From contig JBNKHE010000003.1 of assembly GCA_050290185.1 (NCBI GenBank), forward strand, positions 32,001-96,000: a stretch of 64,000 bases of DNA, read 5' to 3'. The notes under the pieces were generated by a model, which did not search any database, was not told the origin of the DNA, and saw nothing but the letters and a program-made list of their open reading frames with translations. Both the position numbers and the translations under genes were made by a program. The DNA is from Pontiella sp. Lineage in GTDB: Bacteria > Verrucomicrobiota > Kiritimatiellia > Kiritimatiellales > Pontiellaceae. Below, in pieces: positions 1 to 10,931 of the stretch. The first letter of the stretch is position 1; the number at the start of each line of letters is the position of its first letter.

Positions 1-1956
1 GTGCATGCGGTCAATGTCGCTTGTGTAGGCGACAGTATCACCTACGGCTACACGATTCCTAGTCAGAGCTATCCCACTCAATTGCAGGCCCTTTTCAATG
101 CACGTGACGGGGCGGGGGCGTACAGTGTCGGAAATTTCGGCATCAGCGCCCGTACACTGAGAGACGATGGCGATCGCCCTTATACGGCGGAAAACATCTA
201 CGCCGCATCCCTGGCCTCGAATCCGGATGTCGTAGTCATTATGCTGGGCGCGAACGATGCGAAAGTGGGCGTGAACTGGAACGTGGCGGCCAAGGACGGC
301 ACCAACACCTCGATCAATATCTACAACGACGATTATGCCGCTCTTATTGAAAGCTACCGGACACTTCCTTCAGCGCCTAAAATATTGATCTGCTCCCTCG
401 TTCCCGTGCGAACCGTGGGCTCGGGGACCGACTACGGCATTTCCGCGACGGTGATCGACAACGAAATGTGCCCGTCCATCCGCACGACCCTATCAGCTCC
501 GGCTGATGTCGGCATGATCGAGCTGAACGCGATCTTCCCGCATGATAATACGGCCTACTACATCTCCGACTTGATTCATCCGAGCGCAACGGGCTACGCT
601 TTTATCGCGGACAAGATTTACAATGCCATCCGCACCACGTTCGATCCGGACTGGAACACCTTTCCTCTGGATGGCGATCCCTACGTCGAGGAGCCGTCGA
701 TCAGCTGGTCGCCGAACCCGGAGGCGGTTGAATACAATGTATACTTCGGTACAAACGAGTCGGCCGTCGCGTCTGCCACGTCGGCTTCGCCCGAATACAG
801 ACAAACCACAACCTCACTTTCCTATGCGACCGGGATGGACAGCCAGTCCGACTATTTCTGGCGCATCGATACCGTTACGGTCCTGACAACCAACCAAGGG
901 CCGGTGCGGTCGTTTACCACCGGATTGCTTTCGGGATCGGGCCGCAGCATTTCGTTTAATTTTAGGAACGCCTCCGATGAAGGCTTTGCGGGCGGGCAGC
1001 TGATCGGTCCATTGGCGACGGACAGCGCAACCTGGAATGCCGGGACCGGCGCATCCGGCGTCCTGGCCGGTCTGATCGATGACCACGGCACGGCGACCGG
1101 GGCCTCGATACAGTGGGCGACCGACCACACCTGGGTCAACGGAGATGGCATTGCCGACGACGAGCATCGTTTGTCGACGGGCTATCTGGACGATAATCTG
1201 GGTGGTTATCCCATCGTAACCGTCAGCAATATTCCATACACCGCATATACCGTATACGGATTGTTTGCCTCGGATCAGGCACAACCCTGCGGCATGGTGA
1301 ACTATCAGGTGAACGGCACATGGACGCTGGGCGGCAGTGCTGTGACCGTGGCATCGGCCTGGGGCACCATTGACGAAAACCTTGCCGACCACGGCGAAAA
1401 TTGGACGAAAGTCGTTTCTGGTTCGGTCCAGGGAAACTATTGGAGTGTGGAAACCACCGGCAGCGTCTGCCACATCGAAGGCCAATCCAAAAACGGCGGC
1501 AACCGGGGATGCCTGACCGGCCTGATCATTGAGGAACTTCCCGATACGGATGGCGACGGCATCCCGAACAGGGATGATTCCGATGATGACGGCGACGGAA
1601 TGCCCGATCGGTGGGAGGCGACCCATGCCCTGAATCCGCTTATGAACGACGGCGCCGGAAATCCCGATTCCGATGCCTACGACAACCATGCTGAATATGT
1701 AGCCGATACCGATCCGCAGGACGGATATTCCTGGCAATCCTTTTCGATGGAAATGGATGCGGGTACCGCGGAGCGGATGTTGCATTTCAGCACATCATCC
1801 AACCGGCAGTATGCCGTGGAATACAGCAACGATCTGGTTTCAGGCAACTGGCAGCCCCTCGAACCAGCCGCCGAGGGAACGGGATCGGAAAGGACCATAA
1901 CCGATGCCACAACGTCCAGTAACCGTTATTACCGACTCTGGTTGGCGGTGCCATGA
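1..1956 (+). CDS. Secreted SGNH/GDSL esterase with accessory domains, Asp-rich (TSP3-like) repeats and C-terminal module; probably 5'-truncated by the window edge
   Basis: VACVGDSITYG (block I), MLGANDAK (block III), DLIHP (block V); DTDGDGIPN/DDDGDGMPD repeats; no signal peptide visible, so the start likely lies upstream. Confidence 0.8.
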   Translation: MHAVNVACVGDSITYGYTIPSQSYPTQLQALFNARDGAGAYSVGNFGISARTLRDDGDRPYTAENIYAASLASNPDVVVIMLGANDAKVGVNWNVAAKDGTNTSINIYNDDYAALIESYRTLPSAPKILICSLVPVRTVGSGTDYGISATVIDNEMCPSIRTTLSAPADVGMIELNAIFPHDNTAYYISDLIHPSATGYAFIADKIYNAIRTTFDPDWNTFPLDGDPYVEEPSISWSPNPEAVEYNVYFGTNESAVASATSASPEYRQTTTSLSYATGMDSQSDYFWRIDTVTVLTTNQGPVRSFTTGLLSGSGRSISFNFRNASDEGFAGGQLIGPLATDSATWNAGTGASGVLAGLIDDHGTATGASIQWATDHTWVNGDGIADDEHRLSTGYLDDNLGGYPIVTVSNIPYTAYTVYGLFASDQAQPCGMVNYQVNGTWTLGGSAVTVASAWGTIDENLADHGENWTKVVSGSVQGNYWSVETTGSVCHIEGQSKNGGNRGCLTGLIIEELPDTDGDGIPNRDDSDDDGDGMPDRWEATHALNPLMNDGAGNPDSDAYDNHAEYVADTDPQDGYSWQSFSMEMDAGTAERMLHFSTSSNRQYAVEYSNDLVSGNWQPLEPAAEGTGSERTITDATTSSNRYYRLWLAVP

Positions 1957-2335
1957 TGGAAGTGTGCGGTATCCGGTTCGATCCACCTGACGGGGGACGT
2001 CAGCAGCAGTACTGTTTTTTTGTTTGGTGGTTCCGGGTTCTACCGGGTGAACGGGGAGTAGCACGAGGGGGGGATACGCTGTAGATTTCGCGTTATTCAG
2101 GGAAGTGGTCCGGCCCTTTGGGTTATGTCTGCACAAGCATAATGGATGTGAAAGATGGTTTGAATCTCTTCTGGATGCCCATCCGCAAATATCAAGTAGG
2201 TTCAGATTTGTATATTTGTGGGCTGTTCTGCTTTATTGTTATATCATCATGGCTTGGTAAAGTGCCTGATCTTTAAGTCATGTTGTTGCGGTGGCAACCA
2301 TGAGTACGTGTGTGTCCGGAAAAGTGGGGATTTGT

Positions 2336-4477
2336 ATGTTATCAAAAATGTTCAGGCGCGGATTATTGTTTGCCGTGGTCCCGATGTGCGTGCTGGCCGG
2401 TGCTGCTAGTGGAGCCGAGACTGCGGGCGATTTTTTCAGGTTTTCAGCTGAACCTCCGGCGCTTGCAGAATACGAATCGGCCATTCAAAGCAAGGGGGTG
2501 GTTGAGGCGGCAGACCGCTCGTTTGTGGCCGGCGGGACCTATGGACCGAAGCTTTTCAGCCGGGATGCTGCCGATCCGGATGCTGCATGGGCCCCCTGTT
2601 CGGAGCCCCCGGCAAGCCTTGGCGAGTCCCCCGTCATTGCCGTTCAGGGGGGAAAGCTTTACGTCACAGGTGCGGGCACGGATGGTACGCTTTCCTTTGA
2701 GTACAATCCGCTGAATAACCGCTGGAAAACGATCATGCCGGCCGATCAGGACATGCGCGGTTATGTCGGAACGTCGTGTGGCAACGATCATATTCTCTAC
2801 TTTAACGGGAACAAGGCCGATGACCGGATTATTGCCTATCACCGGATCACCGATGAGTGGTTTGAAATCGGTCTTCTGCCCCGGGCCATTCAGGCAACGG
2901 GTGCCGTTTCGGAAGGGGATGCATTCATCGTCTTTTCACCGTCCACGGCGATAGCGGGCAAAGCGGTTTTGCAGCCCACGGCCTATCACTGGGTCAACCA
3001 TCTGGTCGTCGCGGCACTGCTGCTGGCCATTATCGGGATCGGAGCCGTGATGTCGCGCAGGGAAAAGTCGGCCGGCGACTATTTCCGCGCCGGCAACCGT
3101 ATTCCATGGTGGGCGGCCGGATTGAGTATGTTTGCGGCTCTGGCCAGTGCCATCAGCCTGATGTCGATGCCAGGGAAGGGATATTCGACCAACTGGATCT
3201 ATTTCTCGATCTCTATTTTTACCGTACTGATCCAACTGCCGATCCTCCTGATCTATTATGTGCCGTTGGCCCGGCGCCTGAAGGTTTCCACGGCCAATGA
3301 ATATCTGGAGCGCCGTTTTGGGCTGCCCGCCCGCATGCTCGGCTTTACCTTTTTCACGCTGAACCAGGTACTGATCCGTGTGGGGGCGATCCTCCTGCTT
3401 CCATCGATGGCGTTGAATTCGATTTTTGGTCTTCCGCTTTCGACCTGCATCCTGATCATGGGCGGAGTGACGATTCTGTTTGTGACCATGGGCGGGCTGG
3501 AAGCCGTGGTTTGGGCCGATGTGCTGCAGGCGGTGGTGATGGTCAGTGCCATTGTGATCTGTATGCTGTGGGCGCTCTTCTCGCTGCATCTGGTTCCCTC
3601 CGAAGCGATGGAAATTCTGCACCATCAGGACAAGTTGAAGTTGTTTGATTTCCGCATGGACTTCTCTTCTCCGGTGGCGGTGGTGCTGGCGGCCAACATC
3701 CTGGCATTTGCGCTGGGGATGATTGGAGACCAGAACTTTATCCAGCGCGTTCAGTGCACCCACAACGAAAACGATTCGCGCAAGGCCATGATCACCCAGC
3801 TGGCTATCGCTGTGCCCCTGAACCTGATCCTGTTCGTGTTGGGCACGCTGCTGTTCCTCTACTACAAAACCCGGCCGGAAGTGCTTAACCCGGCCCTTAA
3901 ACCGGAAGGGGTCTTCCCGCTCTTTGCTGCTCAGAATCTGCCGGTTGGACTGCCCGGCGTGGTCGTTGCCGCGCTGCTGGCGGCTACCATGTCGACGGTG
4001 GCCGGTGCGCTCAACAGCGTGGCCAATCTCGGTGTTGAAGATGTATACCGCCGGTTTAATCCCAATGCCAGCGATCACAAATGCCTGATTCTCGGCCGAA
4101 TTCTGACGGTTGGCTTCGGACTTATCGGCACCGGCTTTGCGTTATGGATCGGATCCACCAACCGGCTGGACTCGGTCTGGGACCTCTCCTTTATTCTGAT
4201 GGGATATGTGCTGGCTCCATTGACCGGAATCTATGTGCTGGGTGTTTTTACAAAACGCGCAAATTCAATGGGTGCATGGGTGGGTGCCTTCGCCGGTGTG
4301 GTTTCCTGTTTTCTGGCCAAGAAGTATCTGCACCTCAACTCGCTGGCCTATCTGCCGTTCGTCATGTTTACCTGCATTATCGTGGGATATCTGGCAAGTC
4401 TCGTGCTGCCGGGCCGCAAGGTCGATCTGACCGGTCTGACGGCGTTCACGTTGCTGGAAAAGGACAATGACGGTTAG
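2336..4477 (+). CDS. Sodium:solute symporter with N-terminal Kelch-like periplasmic domain
   Basis: DYFRAGNRIPWW, EYLERRF, GGLEAVVWAD, DQNFIQR, LLAATMST SSS motifs; N-terminal GGKLYVTG..YNP..NRW Kelch-like repeat; GGGGA RBS before ATG 2336. Confidence 0.85.
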   Translation: MLSKMFRRGLLFAVVPMCVLAGAASGAETAGDFFRFSAEPPALAEYESAIQSKGVVEAADRSFVAGGTYGPKLFSRDAADPDAAWAPCSEPPASLGESPVIAVQGGKLYVTGAGTDGTLSFEYNPLNNRWKTIMPADQDMRGYVGTSCGNDHILYFNGNKADDRIIAYHRITDEWFEIGLLPRAIQATGAVSEGDAFIVFSPSTAIAGKAVLQPTAYHWVNHLVVAALLLAIIGIGAVMSRREKSAGDYFRAGNRIPWWAAGLSMFAALASAISLMSMPGKGYSTNWIYFSISIFTVLIQLPILLIYYVPLARRLKVSTANEYLERRFGLPARMLGFTFFTLNQVLIRVGAILLLPSMALNSIFGLPLSTCILIMGGVTILFVTMGGLEAVVWADVLQAVVMVSAIVICMLWALFSLHLVPSEAMEILHHQDKLKLFDFRMDFSSPVAVVLAANILAFALGMIGDQNFIQRVQCTHNENDSRKAMITQLAIAVPLNLILFVLGTLLFLYYKTRPEVLNPALKPEGVFPLFAAQNLPVGLPGVVVAALLAATMSTVAGALNSVANLGVEDVYRRFNPNASDHKCLILGRILTVGFGLIGTGFALWIGSTNRLDSVWDLSFILMGYVLAPLTGIYVLGVFTKRANSMGAWVGAFAGVVSCFLAKKYLHLNSLAYLPFVMFTCIIVGYLASLVLPGRKVDLTGLTAFTLLEKDNDG

Positions 4478-6515
4478 CATGAAGCGCGCGGTTCGAGTGT
4501 TTTGTTCCTGGGTAGCCGTGTCGGCCGCCGTTGCCAATGCCACATCCTACTATGTGTCGACATCCGGATCCGATGCCAATGACGGGACCATCGACCGGCC
4601 ATTCGCGACGCTTCAGTACGCAAACGAGACCGTGGTGCCTGGCGATGCAGTCTATATCCGCGGCGGCACCTATCAGATTGCCGAAAAGCAGATCGGCCGG
4701 ATCGAAGGCGTTTTCGCTCGGGTGATCTGTCTCGACACAAGTGGAGAACCCGGCAGGCCCATCAACTACTTCGCCTATCAAGACGAACGCCCGGTATTCG
4801 ATTTTTCGGACGTAAAGCCCGACGGCTATCGCGTGTATGCCATTTCGGTTCCAGCGTCATGGATCCATCTCAAGGGGATCGATGTGGTGGGCGTGCAGGT
4901 GACGATCAAGGAGCACACGCAATCCATCTGCGTGGAGAATAACGGCAGTCACAATATCTTCGAGCAACTGCGCATGCACGACAGCCAGGCCATCGGTTTC
5001 TACAGCACGAAAGGGTCGGACAATCTCATCCTCAACTGCGATGCCTACAACAACTGGGACTACACCTCGGAAAACGGCCGCGGCGGGGACAGCGACGGAT
5101 TTGGCTACCATCCCGACAAAGGCGCCACGGGCAATGTGTTCCGGGGATGCCGGGCCTGGTTCAACAGCGACGACGGCCTTGATCTGATTCATTCCATGGA
5201 GCCCGTCGTGATCGAAAACTGCTGGGCGTTCGACAATGGCTATTCGACATCGTTTGAACGGCTCGGGGATGGCAACGGGTTCAAGGGCGGAGGATATGGA
5301 AGTACCCCGGTGGATCGGCTCCCTGATCCGGTTCCCCGCCACACGATTCGCAACTGCCTCGCCGTGAATAACCGCGCCAGCGGCTTCTACGCCAACCATC
5401 ATATCGGCGGCAACGACTGGATCGGAAACACCGCCTATGGAAACTCCAGGAATTTCAACATGCTTGGCCGCCCGTCGGACAATGGTGCCGACGTGCCGGG
5501 CTATGGACACAAGCTGCACAACAACCTGGCCTATGGACGTGGCCCGGCGATTTGCAACAGCGATAGCGAGCAATGCGACCTTGCCGGCAACATATTCGGC
5601 GATGGCCCGAACCTGACCGATGCGGATTTTCAAAGTCTGGATGAACAACAGCTTTTCCGACCGCGCCAGCCGAACGGCGATTTGCCTGTTATCACATTCA
5701 TGAAGCCGGTCAATGGCAGTGCTGCGGAGGGCCATGGCTACCGGCAGGAATTACCGCATCCGGCACAAGGGGAGAACGACATGCAGCAATTCCAACAAAT
5801 CAGTGAAGCCAGATGGCAAGAGGTCTTCAATGATCCCTGTACGGGCGACTGGACGGAACGCTGGATGTTGGACGGGCTCAAGGCTTCGGTCAAAAACGGG
5901 CCCACTGGAATGGAGCTTTCCGCCGGACTGGTGCAGGGCGACGACTCCTGCCATGCCGTGCTGTGGACGAAGCAACGCTTCGAGGGCGACATCCGCATCG
6001 ACTATGAATTCACCAAGCTCGACGACTCGATCCATAATGTGATTATTCTCTATGTGCTGGCCACTGGTAGCGGAGCTGAGGGATTCGACTCCGACATTAT
6101 GAAGTGGAACAATCTGCGTGAAATTCCGTCGATGCGCACCTATTTCAACCACATGAACACCTACCACATCAGCTACTCCGCGTTTGATCAGGACAACGCC
6201 GATCCCCAAGGCGACTATATCCGTGCCCGCCGCTACCTGCCCGAAACGGGGCAGGGGCTGGAAGGGACGGCACTCATTCCCGACTATTCACGGACCGGAC
6301 TGTTTGAAACGGGGGTGCCGTATCGGATCACGGTTATCAAGAAGGACGATGATCTCTTCATGCATATCCGCGGCAACGGAAAGGAAAAACTGTGCCACTG
6401 GAAAACCGATGACTTCCCGCCGATCACCGAAGGGCGCGTTGGCCTGCGGCACATGTATACCCGCAGCGCCCGCTACCGGGATTTTCGTATCTCTAGGCAT
6501 AACCAGTCTTTGTAG
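4467..6515 (+). CDS. PL9-like right-handed beta-helix lyase fused to a DUF1961/YesU-like domain
   Basis: Signal peptide; YYVS..GSD.N.GT..P, CRAWFNSDDGLDL, GDGNGFKGG; C-terminal HAVLWTKQRFEGDIRIDY and GRVGLRHM. Confidence 0.75.
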   Translation: MTVSMKRAVRVFCSWVAVSAAVANATSYYVSTSGSDANDGTIDRPFATLQYANETVVPGDAVYIRGGTYQIAEKQIGRIEGVFARVICLDTSGEPGRPINYFAYQDERPVFDFSDVKPDGYRVYAISVPASWIHLKGIDVVGVQVTIKEHTQSICVENNGSHNIFEQLRMHDSQAIGFYSTKGSDNLILNCDAYNNWDYTSENGRGGDSDGFGYHPDKGATGNVFRGCRAWFNSDDGLDLIHSMEPVVIENCWAFDNGYSTSFERLGDGNGFKGGGYGSTPVDRLPDPVPRHTIRNCLAVNNRASGFYANHHIGGNDWIGNTAYGNSRNFNMLGRPSDNGADVPGYGHKLHNNLAYGRGPAICNSDSEQCDLAGNIFGDGPNLTDADFQSLDEQQLFRPRQPNGDLPVITFMKPVNGSAAEGHGYRQELPHPAQGENDMQQFQQISEARWQEVFNDPCTGDWTERWMLDGLKASVKNGPTGMELSAGLVQGDDSCHAVLWTKQRFEGDIRIDYEFTKLDDSIHNVIILYVLATGSGAEGFDSDIMKWNNLREIPSMRTYFNHMNTYHISYSAFDQDNADPQGDYIRARRYLPETGQGLEGTALIPDYSRTGLFETGVPYRITVIKKDDDLFMHIRGNGKEKLCHWKTDDFPPITEGRVGLRHMYTRSARYRDFRISRHNQSL

Positions 6516-6520
6516 GTTTA

Positions 6521-6826
6521 ATGATTCTTCCATCTGGGAAGAATTTACTGGCAACATATGAAGCAAAGTTTTACATGTGGGACTGTTGGTTTTATAGCGC
6601 AATGATGCTATCACATGACGCTGTTCCCAAGAGTGGACCGATCATTAAAGAGGACTACTTTGTCTACCACTGCGGCATGGTGCAGTTCGACCAGCCTGCC
6701 GGAGAGGAGAAGAATGGGGGCGGTAGCTTTCTGCGTTCCGTCTGCATCGACTATCTATACTACAACGAAGAGGGAACGATAAAGCGCGTCGTGCAGATGT
6801 CCGAAGAAGTCGTTCCGGCGAAATAA
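6521..6826 (+). pseudogene. Fragment of a GH43-like glycoside hydrolase C-terminus
   Basis: YH.G....GGGSFLRSVCIDYLYYNEEGTIKRVVQ matches the end of GH43 beta-propellers; only ~100 codons and no catalytic N-terminal part. Confidence 0.65.
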
Positions 6827-6943
6827 CAAGCCATTGTTCTGAAATGGATTACAAAAAAGCATGTCTAATAGAAAAATCGGTGTATGTAGACTGAAGTTTG
6901 CAGGAATAAATGATTTCAATTGATCCGCCGGCAGGGAGAAGCA

Positions 6944-9900
6944 ATGAAAATGAGTTGGACCATGAACACAATAAGATGGGGTTTCGCGATCTCGCTGATT
7001 ACGGCTGTCTGGGGAATTCCATCGGCAACTATAGCCTCCACCTCGGCGACGGTGGAGATTCAGGTCAATCAGCCGGGGACGGTCATCAGTTCCAATCTGT
7101 TCGGGATTTTCTTCGAGGAGATCAATTTTGCCGGCGATGGCGGGATCTACGCCGAAATGGTCCGCAACCGATCGCTTCAGCAGTCATCGACCCCGGACGG
7201 ATGGACGGTGGTCACGGATGGTTCGGCCAACGGGTCCATTTCCGTGGATTATGCGGAGTCGTTGAATACGAACATCATCAGTTCCCTGCAACTGACGCAC
7301 ACGGGCGGCACCGGTAGCGTGGGAGCGGGCAATAGTGGATATTTCGGGGGCATGTCGATCGAGTCTGGCAGCAGCTACAATCTGAGTCTTTACGCCAAGG
7401 ATAATGGCAGTTTTTCCGGCTCGATCAGCGCCCGGTTGGAGAATTCCAACGGCAGTACGGTATATGATCAGGTGACGATGGGGAGTCCTTCTTCCGGATG
7501 GCAGAAGCTTACCAACACGCTGACGTCCAGCGTGACGGACACCAATGCCCGTCTGGTGGTGAGTATTGAACAGTCTGGCACGGTCTGGCTGTCGATGGTT
7601 TCTTTGTTTCCCGAAACCTTTGCGGGTCGTGCTAACGGGCTTCGCCTGGATCTGGCCAACAAGCTGAATGCGATGGAGCCCTCTTTCCTCCGGTTTCCCG
7701 GCGGTAACTTCATCGAGAGTCCGGACGTCGACCATGCGGTGCGCTGGAAGAAAAGCATTGGTCCAATCGAGGAGCGCCCCGGCCACCTGAACAATTCCTG
7801 GAACTGGAACAACGGGGGCCTGGATTACTGGTCGACCGATGGTCTGGGGGCGGACGAATTCTTCCGCTGGTGCGAAGACATGAACATGGAACCGCTCTAT
7901 GACATCAATGCCGGCTTGATGCTTGGATACAACGGCGATCCCAACAACACCGTGCCGCTTTCAGAAATGGGGCCGTGGGTGCAGGATGCGCTGGATCTGA
8001 TTGAATACGCCAACGGCGATACCAACACGACCTGGGGGGCGGTGCGCGCCGCCAACGGCCATCCCGAGCCGTTTAATATGAAGTACCTCGAGATCGGCAA
8101 CGAAAACGGTGGAACCTATCTCGATGAGCGCTATACGCTGTTCTACGATGCCATCAAACCCGTGTATCCCGATATCCACCTCATCACGCCCGGCAACTGG
8201 GCCGGTGGCCGGCCCTGGAGTCGTCCGGTGGAAATCATGGACGAACACTATTATGCCAATCCATCCACCTTCATTTCCTATGCGGATAAATACGACAACT
8301 ACGACCGCAACGGGCCGAAGGTCTTCGTGGGCGAATATGCCGTCACGTCCGGCTATGGAACCTACGGCAATCTGGCCGCCGCATTGGGAGAAGCCGCATT
8401 CATGACCGGTATCGAACGTAATTCCGATATTGTCGAGCTGGCTGCTTATGCCCCGCTGTTTGCCCATGTGGATGGCATCCAGTGGCATCCTGATTTGATC
8501 TACTACGACAATTCAAGCTGCTTTGGCACGCCGGCCTATTATGTGCAAAAGATGTTCTCGCGCAACCGCGGCGACTATGTGCTGCCCACGACCGTTGATG
8601 TGGTATCGACGGCAACCAATCCGCCTCCGCACGGATCTATCGGATTGGGATCGTGGAATACGGCGGTTGAGTACGACTTTGTCGGAGTGACCAGCAACGG
8701 AGTGACGCTCTATACCAATGATTTTTCCAGCTCGGCAACCGGATGGAACGTTTTTAACGGTACGTGGGGGTTGAGTGGCGGCACCTACCAGCAGACCTCC
8801 GACACGACCACTGATTGCCGCTCCACCACGGGCGATACCGCATGGGCCGATTACACCCTTTCTCTTCGCGCCCGCAAGCTCAGCGGCAGTGAAGGTTTCC
8901 TGATCCTGTTCAACTGGCAGGACGACAACAACTGGACCTGGCTGAACCTCGGCGGTTGGAACAATACGCAGCATGGTGTGGAGCAGAGCATTAACGGCGC
9001 TAAAATGGAACTTAGTCCGCGCACATCGGGGAGTATCAACACGGGGCAGTGGTACGATATCGATATCGTCATTAATGGATATCACGTCCAGTGCTTTCTT
9101 GACGGCAGTCTGGTTCAGGACTTCACCTATTCCAGCTCGTCTTCGGCCGGACTGCATGCGACAACCTCTTTCAACGAGGCGGCTGGTCAGATTGTGATCA
9201 AGGCGGTCAATCCATATGACACGGCAATTGATACAACCTTCAGCCTTTCCGGCGTCGGCGCCGTCTCCCCCGATGCAACCGTCATTCAATTGACTTCGGG
9301 CAGTCCGGCGGATGAAAACTCACTGGCATCACCGACCTATGTTTCGCCGGTCACCAACACGATTGCCAACGCCGACACCAACTTTACCATAACCCTGCCG
9401 GCCAATTCCTTCTCCATCCTTCGGTTGGATGCGAGCGCGATCGACAACTATACGGATTTGATGCTGGATATTCCTTCACCACTGATCAGCGGACAGCAGG
9501 TGGCCGGCACCCTCTGGGGGTTGCAGTCCAGCGGGTGGGTCAATTTGACCACAAACTCCGGCTATGCGATCACCTACGAGTCGCAAAATACGGGTATCGC
9601 AACCGTGGATCATAACGGAAACGTGACCGGTGTGGCGTCGGGCACGACCGGCATCATTGCTTCCTACGGTGCACTCGGCTTATCCGTTACCCAGTCGGTT
9701 CAGGTGGTCGCCGCCCCGGTCATTCTGACCCATCGATATAGTTTCGACGAAACGGGCGGAAGCACGGTTCACGATGTGGTAGGCGGTGCGTCATGGGATG
9801 GAACACTGCCCAATGGCGGTGGTTTCGGCGGCGGAGAGGTCGCCTTGTCCGCCGCGACGTCGGACTATGTCGAGTTGCCTCCTTATATCCTGGGTAGCTC

Positions 9901-10582
9901 CGACGCCGTCACCATCGAGGCCTGGGCGACCTTCCCCGCCCAGCTCCCGAACGCCTGCTTCCTGTTCGGTTTTGGAGATATCAGTGGTTCGTCGGGCTAT
10001 GACTATATATTCTGCCAGCCGCAGAATGGGCGGATCTCCATCACGGATGATAGCTATGGCAGCGAGGAAACCGCATACGGCTACACCGACTTCAGTTTCA
10101 GAACCAACCTGCATATTACCGCGGTATTCAATCCCCCTGGCGGCTATCTGGCCCTCTACATTGACGGCGAACAGGTCGGTATCAACAATGCCGTCACCAT
10201 CCCGATGAGTTCGGTGACCAATGCGTTCAGCTACATCGGACGCTCGCTGTTTTCTGGCGACTCGTATTTTGATTTCAGCCTGGACGAGTTCCGGATCTAC
10301 AGCGGCGCTTTGAGCGCCAGCGAAATCGCGGCGACCCAAGCGCTGGGACCCGATCAACTGTTGAGTACGAACAGTCCTGTTCTCAACGTTTCCGCATCCT
10401 CGAGCAATACCGTCATAAACTGGCCGGTGGGTTCGGCGGGCTATGCCGTGCAGTCACGGATCAATCTGGTTGACGGGCAATGGGTGGACGATCCCGATGC
10501 CGCACCTGCTGTGGTCGGGGATCAATGGGAAGCGACGCTTCCTGTCGTTGAAAGCAACAAGTTCTTTCGATTGCGGCGTTAA
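6944..10582 (+). CDS. Secreted GH51 alpha-L-arabinofuranosidase with Ig-like and LamG domains and C-terminal module
   Basis: FGIFFEEINFAGDGGIYAEMVRNR, LRFPGGN, EIGNEN, DEHYY, VFVGEYA, ERNSD..YAPLF; LamG (YIGRS..LDEFRIY); GGGAG RBS. Confidence 0.92.
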   Translation: MKMSWTMNTIRWGFAISLITAVWGIPSATIASTSATVEIQVNQPGTVISSNLFGIFFEEINFAGDGGIYAEMVRNRSLQQSSTPDGWTVVTDGSANGSISVDYAESLNTNIISSLQLTHTGGTGSVGAGNSGYFGGMSIESGSSYNLSLYAKDNGSFSGSISARLENSNGSTVYDQVTMGSPSSGWQKLTNTLTSSVTDTNARLVVSIEQSGTVWLSMVSLFPETFAGRANGLRLDLANKLNAMEPSFLRFPGGNFIESPDVDHAVRWKKSIGPIEERPGHLNNSWNWNNGGLDYWSTDGLGADEFFRWCEDMNMEPLYDINAGLMLGYNGDPNNTVPLSEMGPWVQDALDLIEYANGDTNTTWGAVRAANGHPEPFNMKYLEIGNENGGTYLDERYTLFYDAIKPVYPDIHLITPGNWAGGRPWSRPVEIMDEHYYANPSTFISYADKYDNYDRNGPKVFVGEYAVTSGYGTYGNLAAALGEAAFMTGIERNSDIVELAAYAPLFAHVDGIQWHPDLIYYDNSSCFGTPAYYVQKMFSRNRGDYVLPTTVDVVSTATNPPPHGSIGLGSWNTAVEYDFVGVTSNGVTLYTNDFSSSATGWNVFNGTWGLSGGTYQQTSDTTTDCRSTTGDTAWADYTLSLRARKLSGSEGFLILFNWQDDNNWTWLNLGGWNNTQHGVEQSINGAKMELSPRTSGSINTGQWYDIDIVINGYHVQCFLDGSLVQDFTYSSSSSAGLHATTSFNEAAGQIVIKAVNPYDTAIDTTFSLSGVGAVSPDATVIQLTSGSPADENSLASPTYVSPVTNTIANADTNFTITLPANSFSILRLDASAIDNYTDLMLDIPSPLISGQQVAGTLWGLQSSGWVNLTTNSGYAITYESQNTGIATVDHNGNVTGVASGTTGIIASYGALGLSVTQSVQVVAAPVILTHRYSFDETGGSTVHDVVGGASWDGTLPNGGGFGGGEVALSAATSDYVELPPYILGSSDAVTIEAWATFPAQLPNACFLFGFGDISGSSGYDYIFCQPQNGRISITDDSYGSEETAYGYTDFSFRTNLHITAVFNPPGGYLALYIDGEQVGINNAVTIPMSSVTNAFSYIGRSLFSGDSYFDFSLDEFRIYSGALSASEIAATQALGPDQLLSTNSPVLNVSASSSNTVINWPVGSAGYAVQSRINLVDGQWVDDPDAAPAVVGDQWEATLPVVESNKFFRLRR

Positions 10583-10931
10583 TCGTCTCGAATGATCCAA
10601 AGCGGCTGCATAGTAGAGATATGAACTGCGCAATTAGACGCAAGCGCGCCTTCTTGGCCCCAATGCGCAAAACTGATTCCCAAGGCCGGTTTCGTGTGTT
10701 TCATGGTTAAACACCGGGTGTCGTAGCGGTTTAAGCACAGGTTCCTAAAAACGCCGCGAAGCAGGGTTTCCGGAAGAAAATAGCCGGAAGCACGGTTTGA
10801 AAGGTGAGGACTGCCGGGAACTCAGTAGGTTCATTTCCCGTGTCGTTTGTATACGGGCCTCATTGCTTTCCCGTTGCCGCCGGCAAACCTTTTTGGTTTA
10901 GTCCTGCGGTTTTTTGGGATACCGTCTTTCG

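Noticed and set aside
6717..6730. ops-like GGCGGTAGC
   Set aside because: It simply encodes GGS in the GH43 fragment and has no leader hairpin or operon context.
10583..10913. tRNA or ncRNA in the intergenic region
   Set aside because: No cloverleaf with a proper T-loop and no recognisable RNA family.
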